Both the position numbers and the translations under genes were made by a program. Below are positions 40,386 through 52,064 of a DNA stretch of 64,000 nucleotides, in pieces. The stretch is taken from assembly GCF_963921235.1 (NCBI RefSeq), contig NC_086097.1:188978001-189042000 (forward strand), in the 5' to 3' direction. The notes beneath the pieces were generated by a model, which ran no database searches, was not told the origin of the DNA, and saw only the letters and a list, made by a program, of their open reading frames with translations. Positions within the stretch are counted from its first letter, which is position 1. Each line of letters begins with the position of its first letter. The DNA is from Mobula hypostoma. Its lineage: Eukaryota.

Positions 40386-42188
40386 AGCATTTTACCAAGC
40401 TCAGCAAACTTCCCAATAGCCAACCCCGGCTACCAATATTCCGCAATGTTTCAGATCTCAGTGTTGTATAATGTGTGTATACTTTGGTAATAAATGCACC
40501 TTGAACTTTGTCCCAAAAAATGTGGATGAAAAATTATGAGTGGGCAGAAAAACAACTGTAAGGGACACATGAATGTCCTTCCAGCTGCCCTTTTAACCTT
40601 TCTTTTCCTTCAGTCACATTGGGACCAAGATTAAAATCAAGACTGTGTGTACAGAAAAACATTGTGCTCACATTTATAAACACCATGTAACGTAAATGAT
40701 GTGGAGTGAAAACAAAAGGGATAATTTTTTGCGGGTTGATTGTTATCACTTGTGGATTAGTGCGTGCAGGAAGGGCTGGTAAAGCAAATTGTGATGTACA
40801 TCATCATTTGAATATACTTGTTCTCAGGATGTGGGCAACTCCGGTATATTTATTGCCCCCATGTGACTGAGAGGATTAAGCGCCAAGAAGTTAGTATAGA
40901 ACTGGCGACACATGTAAAGCAGAACAACCAGAGCTTCACTTCTCTCAAAGGTACTAGAATGTTTTTTATAACTACCAGGCTGCTTCTATATTTGGTGTGC
41001 TTGCAACCTCAAGAATTCACTGCTGCAAGCAGTTTCTGCAAATTAAAAATAAAACCACAGCATTTCTGCTTCTTCATCTTTAATGCAGCAGGGAATGAAG
41101 AAAATATTGCATTTCTAATTATAGAGCAATTTATTTTGATGCCGAAAGGTAACATTGCATTCTTATAGCATTGATTATAATTGTCAGGCTGCTGTTTGTA
41201 GTTAAGGCCTCTGCAGATGCAGTATCTGTAAAGACAGTATAAGACAAATGCTGCAGGCATGTCATTCTGTTTATTGTAGAAACTGCAATTAGCTACACAA
41301 CTGCCAGTCACCTTGAATATCCATTGATGCATTAATTGAGGCCATGTATTTGCTTTCTCGGTATATTTCTGACTGTAATAGGCTTTTAACAAATGCTGGC
41401 TTTCAAAATCTTTGATGGATGCTTAAAAGTAAGAAATAGATCCAGTAAAAGTAATGAAGAGTAGAAACTTAGAAACAGATTGCCACATCACATGGGACAG
41501 AATTTTTGCAAGAAAATTCTTCAAATAGAGATCTTTCTAGAATTGCAACTACAGCATGAAGGAATAGAGCAAAGAACATATAGGGTTCTTGATCGAGGCA
41601 TTGACTAGAATTTCCTGCTTACCATTGCTCTTGCATATTAAGTCTGAACTTACATTTTGCTGATGCCAATTGTCAACTCACCGAGAGGCAACAGTTTGAT
41701 CTTCAGAGTTGAAATCCTGTGCTTCTACGAATGTGACTACCCTCACATGGAGGAAAGGAAGCAGAACAACCATCACTCATAAGACAGCTGGGAATAAACC
41801 ACTTGACAATTGGACGATCCATACCTTCTTGCTTTGCAGTCTGTAAAATTTGTAAACAACTTTGACTGTTTCAGCGTGACTCTTACATGAAGAATCATTC
41901 AAAAGTATTAAAACTTGTATATAAAATCAATAAACAATGTTTAGTTCAATAAAAAAGCCTGAAACACCACAAAATCCATGGATTCCCTCATGTCTTCAGT
42001 ATTAGTTTTCTATTTATTATTATTTGTTCTCTTTTGTATTTGCACAGTTTGTCTTCCTTTGGTTTTTTTTTGTCAGACTTTATGTGTAGTTTTTCATGAA
42101 TTCTATTCTATTTCTTTGTTCTGATGTGAATGCCTGCAAGAAAATGGATCTCAGGGTGGTATATGGTGACATATATGTACTGTGATAA

Positions 42189-43024
42189 TCAAATCAAGTT
42201 TCATCGTCATTCAAACCATTCATGGATACAGCCGAATGAGACAACGTTACTCTGGGGCCAAGGTGCAAAAACATACACACGCATTCAAGGTAATGAGAAA
42301 GGCAAAAAAAGAACATAGTCACGTAAGAAAACAAATTTTTAGACCAAGTTCCTGAGTGACAAGTCCCACAACTTTGTTTCCCAGCAGTCAAGAGGCCACC
42401 GGCCACCACCGCGCGCGCCCCCCCCCGAGCCCAGGCGCCACGCTACAACGCAGGCCACGCTACAACGCAGGCTTGTGGGCTGAGGCCTAGTTCTAGCTAC
42501 AACTGAGGCAACACTGCAGCCTCGCTACCTGTCTGTCACCAAACAAGGGAAGCAGATCTGCGGCAATCAATGTCCAACAGAGTCTTACGATTGCAAGAGA
42601 AGCATATAAGACAACTCCGGTGCGTCCGAGTAGCTCGCAACAGTACGGTCTCCACCCAAGTCAGCTCTTCTGCATTCATTCCGGATTCTCCTGTGGCCCA
42701 ATGGACCAGCTCAAATCCCCAGGCCCTATGGCGTGACTTGAATCCCTCCGCCCGATGGCCCTGCTCAAATCCCCCGGCGCAATTGGACATCCCCAGCCTG
42801 ATGGGCCGACTTGCCTTCTCTGAACCGTCAGTGGCTCTTACGACACCCTGGCTGCCTACTCCGAACAACGAGCAGCTCACTGATGTGATGGACCTGCTAT
42901 ACAGGTAGATATCGGAGTAAAGAATCATCTTACTATGTATAAAATACATTTAACAAGGAAGTAAAGCACCTTCGGTTGGCCTCCGTGAGGCTGCTGCATG
43001 TATATGCACTGCCATCTTATTGGA
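42189..43024 (-). mobile_element. Unclassified GC-rich non-coding retroposon inserted into a short repeat
   Basis: Splits the gtactgtgataat|aaatttactttgaa repeat end. Minus strand starts near AAGATGGC (YY1-like) and ends in a tgatttgatt-type tail. 17-bp tandem duplication at 42437-42470. Confidence 0.5.
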
Positions 43025-44486
43025 ATAAATTTACTTTGAAATTTGAGATCACATAAGAACACCATAAGGAGTCCAGTTTTGGAATGCCATCAGGAAACCA
43101 CCAGCAAAGAGCAGCTATAAACTTTGGATGTGTTTTTAAATTTCTTTCCTCTTCTTTCTGTAAGAGTATACTTCAGATAAATATTATGTGGAGATTTGTG
43201 ACAAATATGATTATATGATATATATGTACAGTATCTGAAATACATCCTATGGAAATGTTTGATGATGAAACTCAATAAAAAATAAACTACAAAAAAAAAA
43301 GAAAATCCCAAACGTGACTGCTTTTGCATAGAAATGCTGGTAATTTTTCTAGGGATTCAATATCCCTCTAAAACTAAGGTTCTCTAAACCTGTTTGTGTT
43401 GGAGAGCATTTGGTAAATGCACTCTTTACACACGTGTATTCCCACACACACACAAACATTGCCTTGTCATTGTGCTGAGTGAACGTACTTCAATGTCGTC
43501 CCCAGTGTATTCTCATAGTGGGTCCGAAACCGAACTGATGTGCTGGGGTTGGATTTCTGGTGTCTTTCCTTCCATGCACAGCGGAATGTTCCACTTCTTT
43601 AGTAATGGGGATGTGTTGTCTATATACTGTATTTAAGGTAGATACTTCTGTTTATTTTGTAATATGATTGTTACTACATTGTGGGGTGCATCATATTCTA
43701 ATTCAAGTTAACTTTGTGGGTAATTAAGTATGGTATGTCCTGGTGCCTAATAAACTGGGTTCCTTGCTCTCGATAGGGGAGAGAGATTGGGCTGCCAGGA
43801 GTTCACACTGGGCAAGAAATAAGTATGGATCTATTATTGTGTTTTGCAGTAGATATTGTTTTGTAAATATTGGCAGCTTTCTTTTCACTGTTTTCAATAA
43901 TTTTTTTAAGTTTGATTTTTGACACACCTAATAATCACACTTGCATTAAAATGCTGAGTGATTCCAGCCATTTTTCTCTTTGGTTATAACCCACGTATCT
44001 AACACTGTTAACCTTGCCTTTTACTCAAAGAGAAACACACAAATTCTATACTCTCAAATTTTACACTTTGAAGACCTTCCACGTACCAAGTAACTGTTTG
44101 CCGGAAAAAGGTCTATTCCAAGCCTGTTATTATGAGGAATTCAAAATCTTTGCTTTTAGGATGTTTTCATTTTCCGTTGACTGTGTGCTTCCATCTACCA
44201 TGGTCAATAGGCCTCTCAACCACAGAAAAGTGATTTCCAGGACAACTGTTTCATCTCCACCAACTATTCCCCTTCTCACTTTCCCTTGCAGATGCAGCAC
44301 CTACCCTTTTGCTTTTTCCCTTCCAATGAGCTTGGGACTCAGACGCTTGTCCCAGATGAAGCAGCAATTCTCTTTAATTTCTTCCAATTTAACAAATTGT
44401 AATGTGTGCCTGTGATGCCGGTTTCCATATTTTAGGAAAAAAAAACAAATGCAGACTTGGTAGCCATTTGACAGAAAACCTTAGTT

Positions 44487-46897
44487 ACATAGAAACATAG
44501 AAATCTGCAGCACATTACAGGCCCTTTGGCCCACAATGTTGTGCCGACCGTGTAACCTAGTCTAGAAGCTCAGAATCAGAATCAGGTTTATTATCACCGG
44601 CATGTGACATGAAATTTGTTAACTTAGCAGCAGCAGTTCAATGCAATACATAATCTAGCAGAGAGAAAAAAAATAATAAATAAAATAAAACATATTAAAT
44701 AAACAAGTAAATCAATTACACATATTGAATAGATTATTAAAAAATGTGCAAAAACAGAAATACTGTATATTAAAAAGGTGAGGTAGTGTCCAAAGCTTCA
44801 AAGTCCATTTAGGAATCGGAAGGCAGAGGGGAAGAAGCTGTTCCTGAATCGCTGAGTGTGTGCCTTCAGGCTTCTGTACCTCCTACCTGATGGTAACAGT
44901 GAGAAAAGGGCATGCCCAGGGTGCTGGAAGTCCTTACTAATGGATGCTGCCTTTCTGAGACACCGCTTCCTAAAGATGTCCTGGGTACTTTGTAGGCTAG
45001 TGCCCAAGTTGACTAGATTTACAACTTCCTGCAGCTTCTTTCAGTCCTGTGCAGTAGCCCCACCCATACCAGACAGTGATGCAACCTGTCAGAATGCTCT
45101 CCACGGTACAACTATAGAAGTTTTTGAGTGTATTTGTTGACATGCCAAATCGCTTCAAACTCCTAATAAAGTGTAACTGCTGACCTGCATTCTTTATGAC
45201 TACATCAGTATGTTGGGACCAGGTTAGATCCTCAGAGATCTTAACACCCAGGAACTTGAAACTGCTCACTCTCTCCACTTCTGATCCCTCTATGAGGATT
45301 GGTATGTGTTCCTTCATCTTACCCTTCCTGAAGTCCACAATCAGCTCTTGCGTCTTACTGACGTTGAGTGCCAGGTTGTTGCTGTGGCACCATTCCACTA
45401 GTAGACATATCTCACTCTTGTATACCCTCTCGTCACCACCTGAGATTCTACCAACAATGGTTGTGTCGTCAGCAAATTTGTAGATGGTGTTTGAGCTATG
45501 CCTAGACACACAGTCATGTGTATACAGAGAGTAGAGCAGTGGGCTAAGCACACACCCCTGAGGTGCGCCAGTGTTGATTGTCAGCGAAGAGGATATGTTA
45601 CCACCAATCCGCACAGATTGTGGTCTTCTGGTTAGGAAGTCGAGGATCCAATTACAGACGGAGGTACAGAGGCCCAGGTTCTGCAACTTCTCAATTAGGA
45701 TTGTGGGAATGATGATATTAAATGCTGAGCTATATTCGATGAACAGCATCCTGATGTAGGTGTTTGTGTTTTCTAGGTGGTCTAAAGCCGTGTGAAGAGC
45801 CATGGGAGATTGCATCTGCCATTGACCTATTGTGATGATGGACAAATTGCAGTGGGTCCAGGTCCTTGCTGAGGCAGGAGTTCAATCTAGTCATAACCAA
45901 CCTCTCAAAGCATTTCATCAGTGTCGATGTGAGTGCTACCGAGTGATAGTCGTTAAGGCAGCCCATGTTATTCTTCTTTGGCACTGGTATAACTGTTGCC
46001 TTTTTAAAGCTAGTGGAAACTTCTGCCCGTAGCAGTGAGAGGTTGAAAATCTCCTTGAATACTCCTGTTAGTTGGTTGGCACAGGTTTTCAGAGCCTTAC
46101 CAGATACTCCATTGGGACCTTCTGTCTTGTGAGGGTTCAGTCTAACATCGGCCTCTGAGACAGAGATCACAGGGTCATCAGGTGCAGCAGGGATCTTCAC
46201 AGCTGTAGATGTGTTCTCCCTTCCAAAGTCTACATAGAAGGCCTAGAATTTCCCTACTGCATAGCCCTCTGTTTTTCTAAGCTCATGTACCTATCTAAGA
46301 GTCTCTTAAAATACCCTATCGTATCCACCTGCACCACTTTCGCTGGCAGTGCATTCCACACACTCACCACTCTGTGGGTGAAAACTTATCTCTGACATCC
46401 CCCTTGTACCTACCCCCAAGCACCTTAAAACTATGTCCCCTCGTGTTAGCCATTTCAGCCTCAGGAAAAAGCCTCTGGTTGTACACACGATCAATACATC
46501 TCCTCATCTTATACACCTCTATCAGGTCACCTCTCATCCTCCATCGCTCCAAGGAGAGACGGTCAAGTTCACTCAACCTATTCTCATAAGGCATGCTCTC
46601 CAGTCAGGCAACATCCTTATATCTTTCCTCTGCACTCTTTCTAGAGTATCCACATCCTTCCTGTAATGGAGTGACCAGATCTGAACACAGTACTCCAAGT
46701 GGGGTCTAAATAAGGTCTTATGTAGCTGTAACATTACCTCACGGCTCTTGAACTTAGTCCCACGGTTGATGAATGCCAACTCACCATATGCCTTCTTAAC
46801 AACACTGTCAATCTGTGCAGCAGCTTTGCGTGTCCTATGGACATGGACCCCAAGATCTCCCTGATCCTCCACACTGCCAAGAGTCTTACCATTAATA
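44487..46897 (-). mobile_element. CR1 3' fragment (family A-like) split by a Rex1 LINE
   Basis: Tail acatagaaacatagaa at 44487; body 46240-46897 with ORFs 46364..46594 and 46573..46920. Confidence 0.88.
44571..46232 (-). mobile_element. 5'-truncated Rex1/Babar LINE (RT domain)
   Basis: ORFs 45730..46200, 44997..45845 ([34 protein letters not shown]) and 44798..45007; (CTGATT)n tail. Confidence 0.94.
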
Positions 46898-48469
46898 GTT
46901 CGGTCTGTAAGAGTGACCATGAGCTTCAGTTGCTTACCACTTTCGTTTTCTGCGTACTCTTAGTCTGACTTATCTGTCTTTGACCTACTTGCTCCATTGA
47001 GAACACAACCCATTTTCTCTCTGCATATATTAAAGCCTATGAAACTTAGACTTGAATTTATGATTTCAGGTAAGCAGTATTTCTGTCCACAGACATAGCC
47101 ATATTTCTCTGTTTCAATTTCCTTCCCTTTTCTCCTTAATCACAATTTTTAAAAGTTAATTCTATCTTGACAAATTTTGGTCAAGCACTATCACAAACAT
47201 TCCTTCCTGTTTCTGAAACTTTTATTTTCTTTGTTCCAGTTCTGATGAAGTGCCGTTGACCTGAGATATCAACTCTTTTTTTCTTTCCCCACTGAGACTG
47301 ATAAGCACTTCTTCACATTTTCTGTTTTGGATTCTGAATACCAGTATCTGCAGGTTTTCCTTACCTCAATTATTTTCAGTTGAACTGATTTATTTCATCC
47401 AAATTTTGAGCTCAGATTGTTTCATTGGTGCCCAGTGATATTGTATTACATTCTCACTCACATTCTCGATTAAAGATAAAACTCTCTTATTTCATTTTAA
47501 TGTTCAAACTTTGGAGATGTAGTAATGTTTACTGGCAGAAACCAGCAGAAGTTGAACCCCCTCCTTTGCCTGGGTCCTATTGTTAAAAGGCTCATGCTCA
47601 CAATAACATGAGTTTGTTTATTTCAGCTAGACCTTTCCGCTTGGGGCATGAGTGCATTTGGAGCCGGAACAACTTCCTGTGGTGGTTTACAGCAGCGTTA
47701 TTTGAAATAATTGGCATAAATATATAGACAAATATTAGGAATTATGAGCAATAATTTTTGACAAATGTGACCTTCAGTGAAAATTTAGTTTTTTTTTATA
47801 TTGTGAGTGCACATATATTAAGATATTTATGATCAGACTCACAAGATTCAAATTTCAGAATAGAGGTTAAGTTGAACAGGTCCTAAAATTAATTAGTGCC
47901 ATGTGATTAAACTGAAGGCAGAATACCCACTTTGTTCTCTTTTTCTTTACGATGATTTCATTTTACAGCTGTTGATTTTCTCCACAAATCAACAGACAGT
48001 CCAATATCATGCAATTGCTTGCTACAGGCAGCTGTGGAGGCCAAGTCATTGGGTATATTTAAGGTAGAGGTTGATAGGTTCTTGATTAGTCAGGGCATGA
48101 AGGGATATGGGGAGAAGGCAGGAGACTGGGGCTGAGAGGGAAATGGATCAGCCAGGATGAAATGCAGAGCCAAATTTGACTCGATGGGCCAAATGGCCTA
48201 GAGCTGCTCCTATTGACAGTGTTTCACTCAGTCTTGTAGGAGAATTTGCTTCACATTTGGCAGCAGCAGGAACAACCCATAAGAGTATACCTGCTTGTCC
48301 TAACTCCCTTGCTGTTGATAGAGTTGGAATGAACTCACAGAAGATTCCAGTCAGAGTCCTCATTCTAATGCAAACAACAGGAATTCTGCAGATGCTGGAA
48401 ATTCAAGCAACATACATCAAAGTTGCTGGTGAACGCAGCAGGCCAGGCAGCATCTATAGGAAGAAGCGC

Positions 48470-48505
48470 AGTCGACGTTTCAGGCCGAGACCCTTCGTCA
48501 GGACT
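48470..48505 (-). ncRNA. Minimal hammerhead ribozyme motif (intact core)
   Basis: Minus strand reads AGUC-CUGACGA-AGGGUCUCGGCCU-GAAA-CG-UC-GACU. Confidence 0.85.
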
Positions 48506-48797
48506 AACTGAAGGAAGAGTGAGTAAGGGATTTGAAAGCTGGAGGGGGAGGGGGAGATGCAAAATGATAGGAGAAGACAGGAGGGGGAGGGATGGAGCCG
48601 AGAGCTGGACAGGTGATAGGCAGAAGGGGATACGAGAGGATCATGGGACAGGAGGTCCGGGAAGAAAGACGGGGGGGGGTGACCCAGAGGATGGGCAAGA
48701 GGTATATTCAGAGGGACAGAGGGAGAAAAAGGAGAGTGAGAGAAAGAATGTGTGCATTAAAAAGAGTAACAGATGGGGTACGAGGGGGAGGTGGGGC

Positions 48798-49823
48798 CTA
48801 GCGGAAGTTAGAGAAGTCAATGTTCATGCCATCAGGTTGGAGGCTACCCATACGGAATATAAGGTGTTGTTCCTCCAACCTGAGTGTGGCTTCATCTTTA
48901 CAGTAGAGGAGGCCGTGGATAGACATGTCAGAATGGGAATGGGATGTGGAATTAAAATGTGTGGCCACTGGGAGATCCTGCTTTCTCTGGCGGACAGAGC
49001 GTAGATGTTCAGCAAAGCGGTCTCCCAGTCTGCGTCGGGTCTCACCAATATATAAAAGGCCACATCGGGAGCACCGGACGCAGTATATCACCCCAGTCGA
49101 CTCACAGGTGAAGTGATGCCTCACCTGGAAGGACTGTTTGGGGCCCTGAATGGTGGTAAGGGAGGAAGTGTAAGGGCATGTGTAGCACTTGTTCCGCTTA
49201 CACGGATAAGTGCCAGGAGGGAGATCAGTGGGGAGGGATGGGGGGGATGAATGGACAAGGGAGTTGTGTAGGGAGCGATCCCTGCGGAATGCAGAGAGAG
49301 GGGGGGAGGGAAAGATATGCTTAGTGGTGGGATCCCGTTGGAGGTGGCGGAAGTTGCGGAGAATAATATGTTGGACCCGGAGGCTGGTGGGGTGGTAGGT
49401 GAGGACCAGGGGAACCCTATTCCTAGTGGGGTGGTGGGAGGATGGAGTGAGAGCAGATGTACGTGAAATGGGGGAGATGCGTTTAAGAGCAGAGTTGATA
49501 GTGGAGGAAGGGAAGCCCCTTTCTTTAAAAAATGAAGACATCTCCCTCGTCCTAGAATGAAAAGCCTCATCCTGAGAGCAGATGCGGCGGAGACGGAGGA
49601 ATTGCGAGAAGGGGATGGCGTTTTTGCAAGAGACAGGGTGAGAAGAGGAATAGTCCAGATAGTTGTGAGAGTCAGTAGGCTTATAGTAGACATCAGTGGA
49701 TAAGCTGTCTCCAGAGACAGAGACAGAAATATCTAGAAAGGGGAGGGAGGTGTCAGAAATGGACCAGGTAAACTTGAGGGCAGGGTGGAAGTTGACTTTA
49801 TTAACTTTGCCTCCAACTTCCAC
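48798..49823 (-). CDS. Mirror copy of the truncated Penelope RT-thumb/GIY-YIG ORF
   Basis: Same protein as 49785..50810 except for junction residues and R/W in VIYCV[R/W]C. Confidence 0.9.
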   Translation of the reverse strand: MEVGGKVNKVNFHPALKFTWSISDTSLPFLDISVSVSGDSLSTDVYYKPTDSHNYLDYSSSHPVSCKNAIPFSQFLRLRRICSQDEAFHSRTREMSSFFKERGFPSSTINSALKRISPISRTSALTPSSHHPTRNRVPLVLTYHPTSLRVQHIILRNFRHLQRDPTTKHIFPSPPLSAFRRDRSLHNSLVHSSPPSLPTDLPPGTYPCKRNKCYTCPYTSSLTTIQGPKQSFQVRHHFTCESTGVIYCVRCSRCGLLYIGETRRRLGDRFAEHLRSVRQRKQDLPVATHFNSTSHSHSDMSIHGLLYCKDEATLRLEEQHLIFRMGSLQPDGMNIDFSNFR

Positions 49824-50810
49824 CCTGCCCTCAAGTTTACCTGGTCCATTTCTGACACCTCCCTCCCCTTTCTAGATATTTCTGTCTCTGTCTCTGGAGA
49901 CAGCTTATCCACTGATGTCTACTATAAGCCTACTGACTCTCACAACTATCTGGACTATTCCTCTTCTCACCCTGTCTCTTGCAAAAACGCCATCCCCTTC
50001 TCGCAATTCCTCCGTCTCCGCCGCATCTGCTCTCAGGATGAGGCTTTTCATTCTAGGACGAGGGAGATGTCTTCATTTTTTAAAGAAAGGGGCTTCCCTT
50101 CCTCCACTATCAACTCTGCTCTTAAACGCATCTCCCCCATTTCACGTACATCTGCTCTCACTCCATCCTCCCACCACCCCACTAGGAATAGGGTTCCCCT
50201 GGTCCTCACCTACCACCCCACCAGCCTCCGGGTCCAACATATTATTCTCCGCAACTTCCGCCACCTCCAACGGGATCCCACCACTAAGCATATCTTTCCC
50301 TCCCCGCCTCTCTCTGCATTCCGCAGGGATCGCTCCCTACACAACTCCCTTGTCCATTCGTCCCCCCCATCCCTCCCCACTGATCTCCCTCCTGGCACTT
50401 ATCCGTGTAAGCGGAACAAGTGCTACACATGCCCTTACACTTCCTCCCTTACCACCATTCAGGGCCCCAAACAGTCCTTCCAGGTGAGGCATCACTTCAC
50501 CTGTGAGTCGACTGGGGTGATATACTGCGTCTGGTGCTCCCGATGTGGCCTTTTATATATTGGTGAGACCCGACGCAGACTGGGAGACCGCTTTGCTGAA
50601 CATCTACGCTCTGTCCGCCAGAGAAAGCAGGATCTCCCAGTGGCCACACATTTTAATTCCACATCCCATTCCCATTCTGACATGTCTATCCACGGCCTCC
50701 TCTACTGTAAAGATGAAGCCACACTCAGGTTGGAGGAACAACACCTTATATTCCGTATGGGTAGCCTCCAACCTGATGGCATGAACATTGACTTCTCTAA
50801 CTTCCGCTAG
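49785..50810 (+). CDS. 5'-truncated Penelope ORF: RT C-terminus/thumb, Cys-rich linker and GIY-YIG endonuclease
   Basis: LPFLDISV...TDVYYKPTDSHNYL; CKRNKCYTC; VIYCVWCSRCGLLYIGETRRRLGDRFAEH; no internal stops. The start codon is created by the junction and the RT catalytic core is missing. Confidence 0.9.
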   Translation: MEVDFINFASNFHPALKFTWSISDTSLPFLDISVSVSGDSLSTDVYYKPTDSHNYLDYSSSHPVSCKNAIPFSQFLRLRRICSQDEAFHSRTREMSSFFKERGFPSSTINSALKRISPISRTSALTPSSHHPTRNRVPLVLTYHPTSLRVQHIILRNFRHLQRDPTTKHIFPSPPLSAFRRDRSLHNSLVHSSPPSLPTDLPPGTYPCKRNKCYTCPYTSSLTTIQGPKQSFQVRHHFTCESTGVIYCVWCSRCGLLYIGETRRRLGDRFAEHLRSVRQRKQDLPVATHFNSTSHSHSDMSIHGLLYCKDEATLRLEEQHLIFRMGSLQPDGMNIDFSNFR

Positions 50811-51101
50811 GCCCCACCTCCCCCTCGTACCCCATCTGTTACTCTTTTTAATGCACACATTCTTTCTCTCACTCTCCTTTTTCTCCCTCTGTCCCTCTGA
50901 ATATACCTCTTGCCCATCCTCTGGGTCACCCCCCCCGTCTTTCTTCCCGGACCTCCTGTCCCATGATCCTCTCGTATCCCCTTCTGCCTATCACCTGTCC
51001 AGCTCTCGGCTCCATCCCTCCCCCTCCTGTCTTCTCCTATCATTTTGCATCTCCCCCTCCCCCTCCAGCTTTCAAATCCCTTACTCACTCTTCCTTCAGT
51101 T

Positions 51102-51137
51102 AGTCCTGACGAAGGGTCTCGGCCTGAAACGTCGACT
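51102..51137 (+). ncRNA. Minimal hammerhead ribozyme motif (intact core); predicted cleavage after C51133
   Basis: agtc-ctgacga-agggtctcggcct-gaaa-cg-tc-gact. Confidence 0.85.
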
Positions 51138-52064
51138 GCGCTTCTTCCTATAGATGCTGCCTGGCCTGCTGCGTTCACCAGCAACTTTGATGTATGTTCC
51201 TCATTCTAATCCTCCTTTTACCTTTCAATAGAGGATTGAACAAATATTTCAAAATTTAAAAATTGGCCACCTTTTGGCCTCCTTTAAGATGAGTCATAAC
51301 AGGACTATGATTCTGTGCATCTGCTCGATTCTATGCTAAGAGCCACCAACTGCAACACCATTCTTTGCTTAAGTTAAAGATTTGCTCAGAAGTAGGCCCT
51401 AGAGATATTGAGATACCAAGATAAGAGTCCTGCGAGCCTGACAGCAGATAATAGCTCAGGAGGTGCTAGTTCATTGAAGGGCACGGAAGCAGACAAGTTT
51501 CACACCAGAACATTCAGTAGTGAGGGGAGGGTGGCTTCGAGAGGTAGGACATGAGCAATTAAATAGTTGGGACATTCTGATTCCTGTGACAAGACCTATA
51601 AACTATGTGGAGGAGTCTCTTCACCCATAGATTTAGGAAGATTTTGGAGTCCCAGCATTTAAGCATGAAAGTGCTCGAAAGGTTTGGAGCCCAAGGTTGA
51701 CATTGTGTCTAATGGTACCATGACTTGCACATCAGCGTAGGCAAAACCACCCTGCATCACCGTGCTGCATTACAAGCTCAGAGGTTTGTCATCCAAGGGC
51801 AGCAGCTGTCAAAAACAAACGGCTGGAGGAACTCAATAGGTGGAGATGGAAACTACTGTGTATTTAATATTTCAGTAATATTTGGGTATTATTGTAAATA
51901 TACTGTTTGATTAGCATTCTCTATTGTTTATGTAATTCATTATGGGTTATATGTAAAAGTATGTGAATGACATACGTCATCATGCCACCATGTCATAAGC
52001 ACACGCCTCACTAAAAGTTAAAATGAAGTGGATACTTTTATCCCTGTCTCTGTGTTTTTCTTTT

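Larger units (their letters stand above)
48370..51197. mobile_element. Young Penelope-like (Neptune-type) element as a near-perfect 2.8-kb palindrome
   Basis: Arms 48409-49794 and 49814-51198 are reverse complements around a 19-nt spacer. Extra 39-nt tail on the left only. Exact 13-bp TSD tcctcattctaat at 48357-48369 and 51198-51210. Confidence 0.97.

Noticed and set aside
48423..49004. Gly/Arg-rich ORFs repeated at 48423, 50807, 52023, 52763 and 63623
   Set aside because: They are translations of the purine-rich antisense strand of Penelope pseudo-LTRs, and the frames differ between copies through homopolymer indels.
48370..51197. Palindrome as a fold-back sequencing or assembly artefact
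   Set aside because: The arms differ at several positions, the flanks are unique and non-mirrored, an exact 13-bp TSD brackets it, and similar structures recur at 13707 and 52065.
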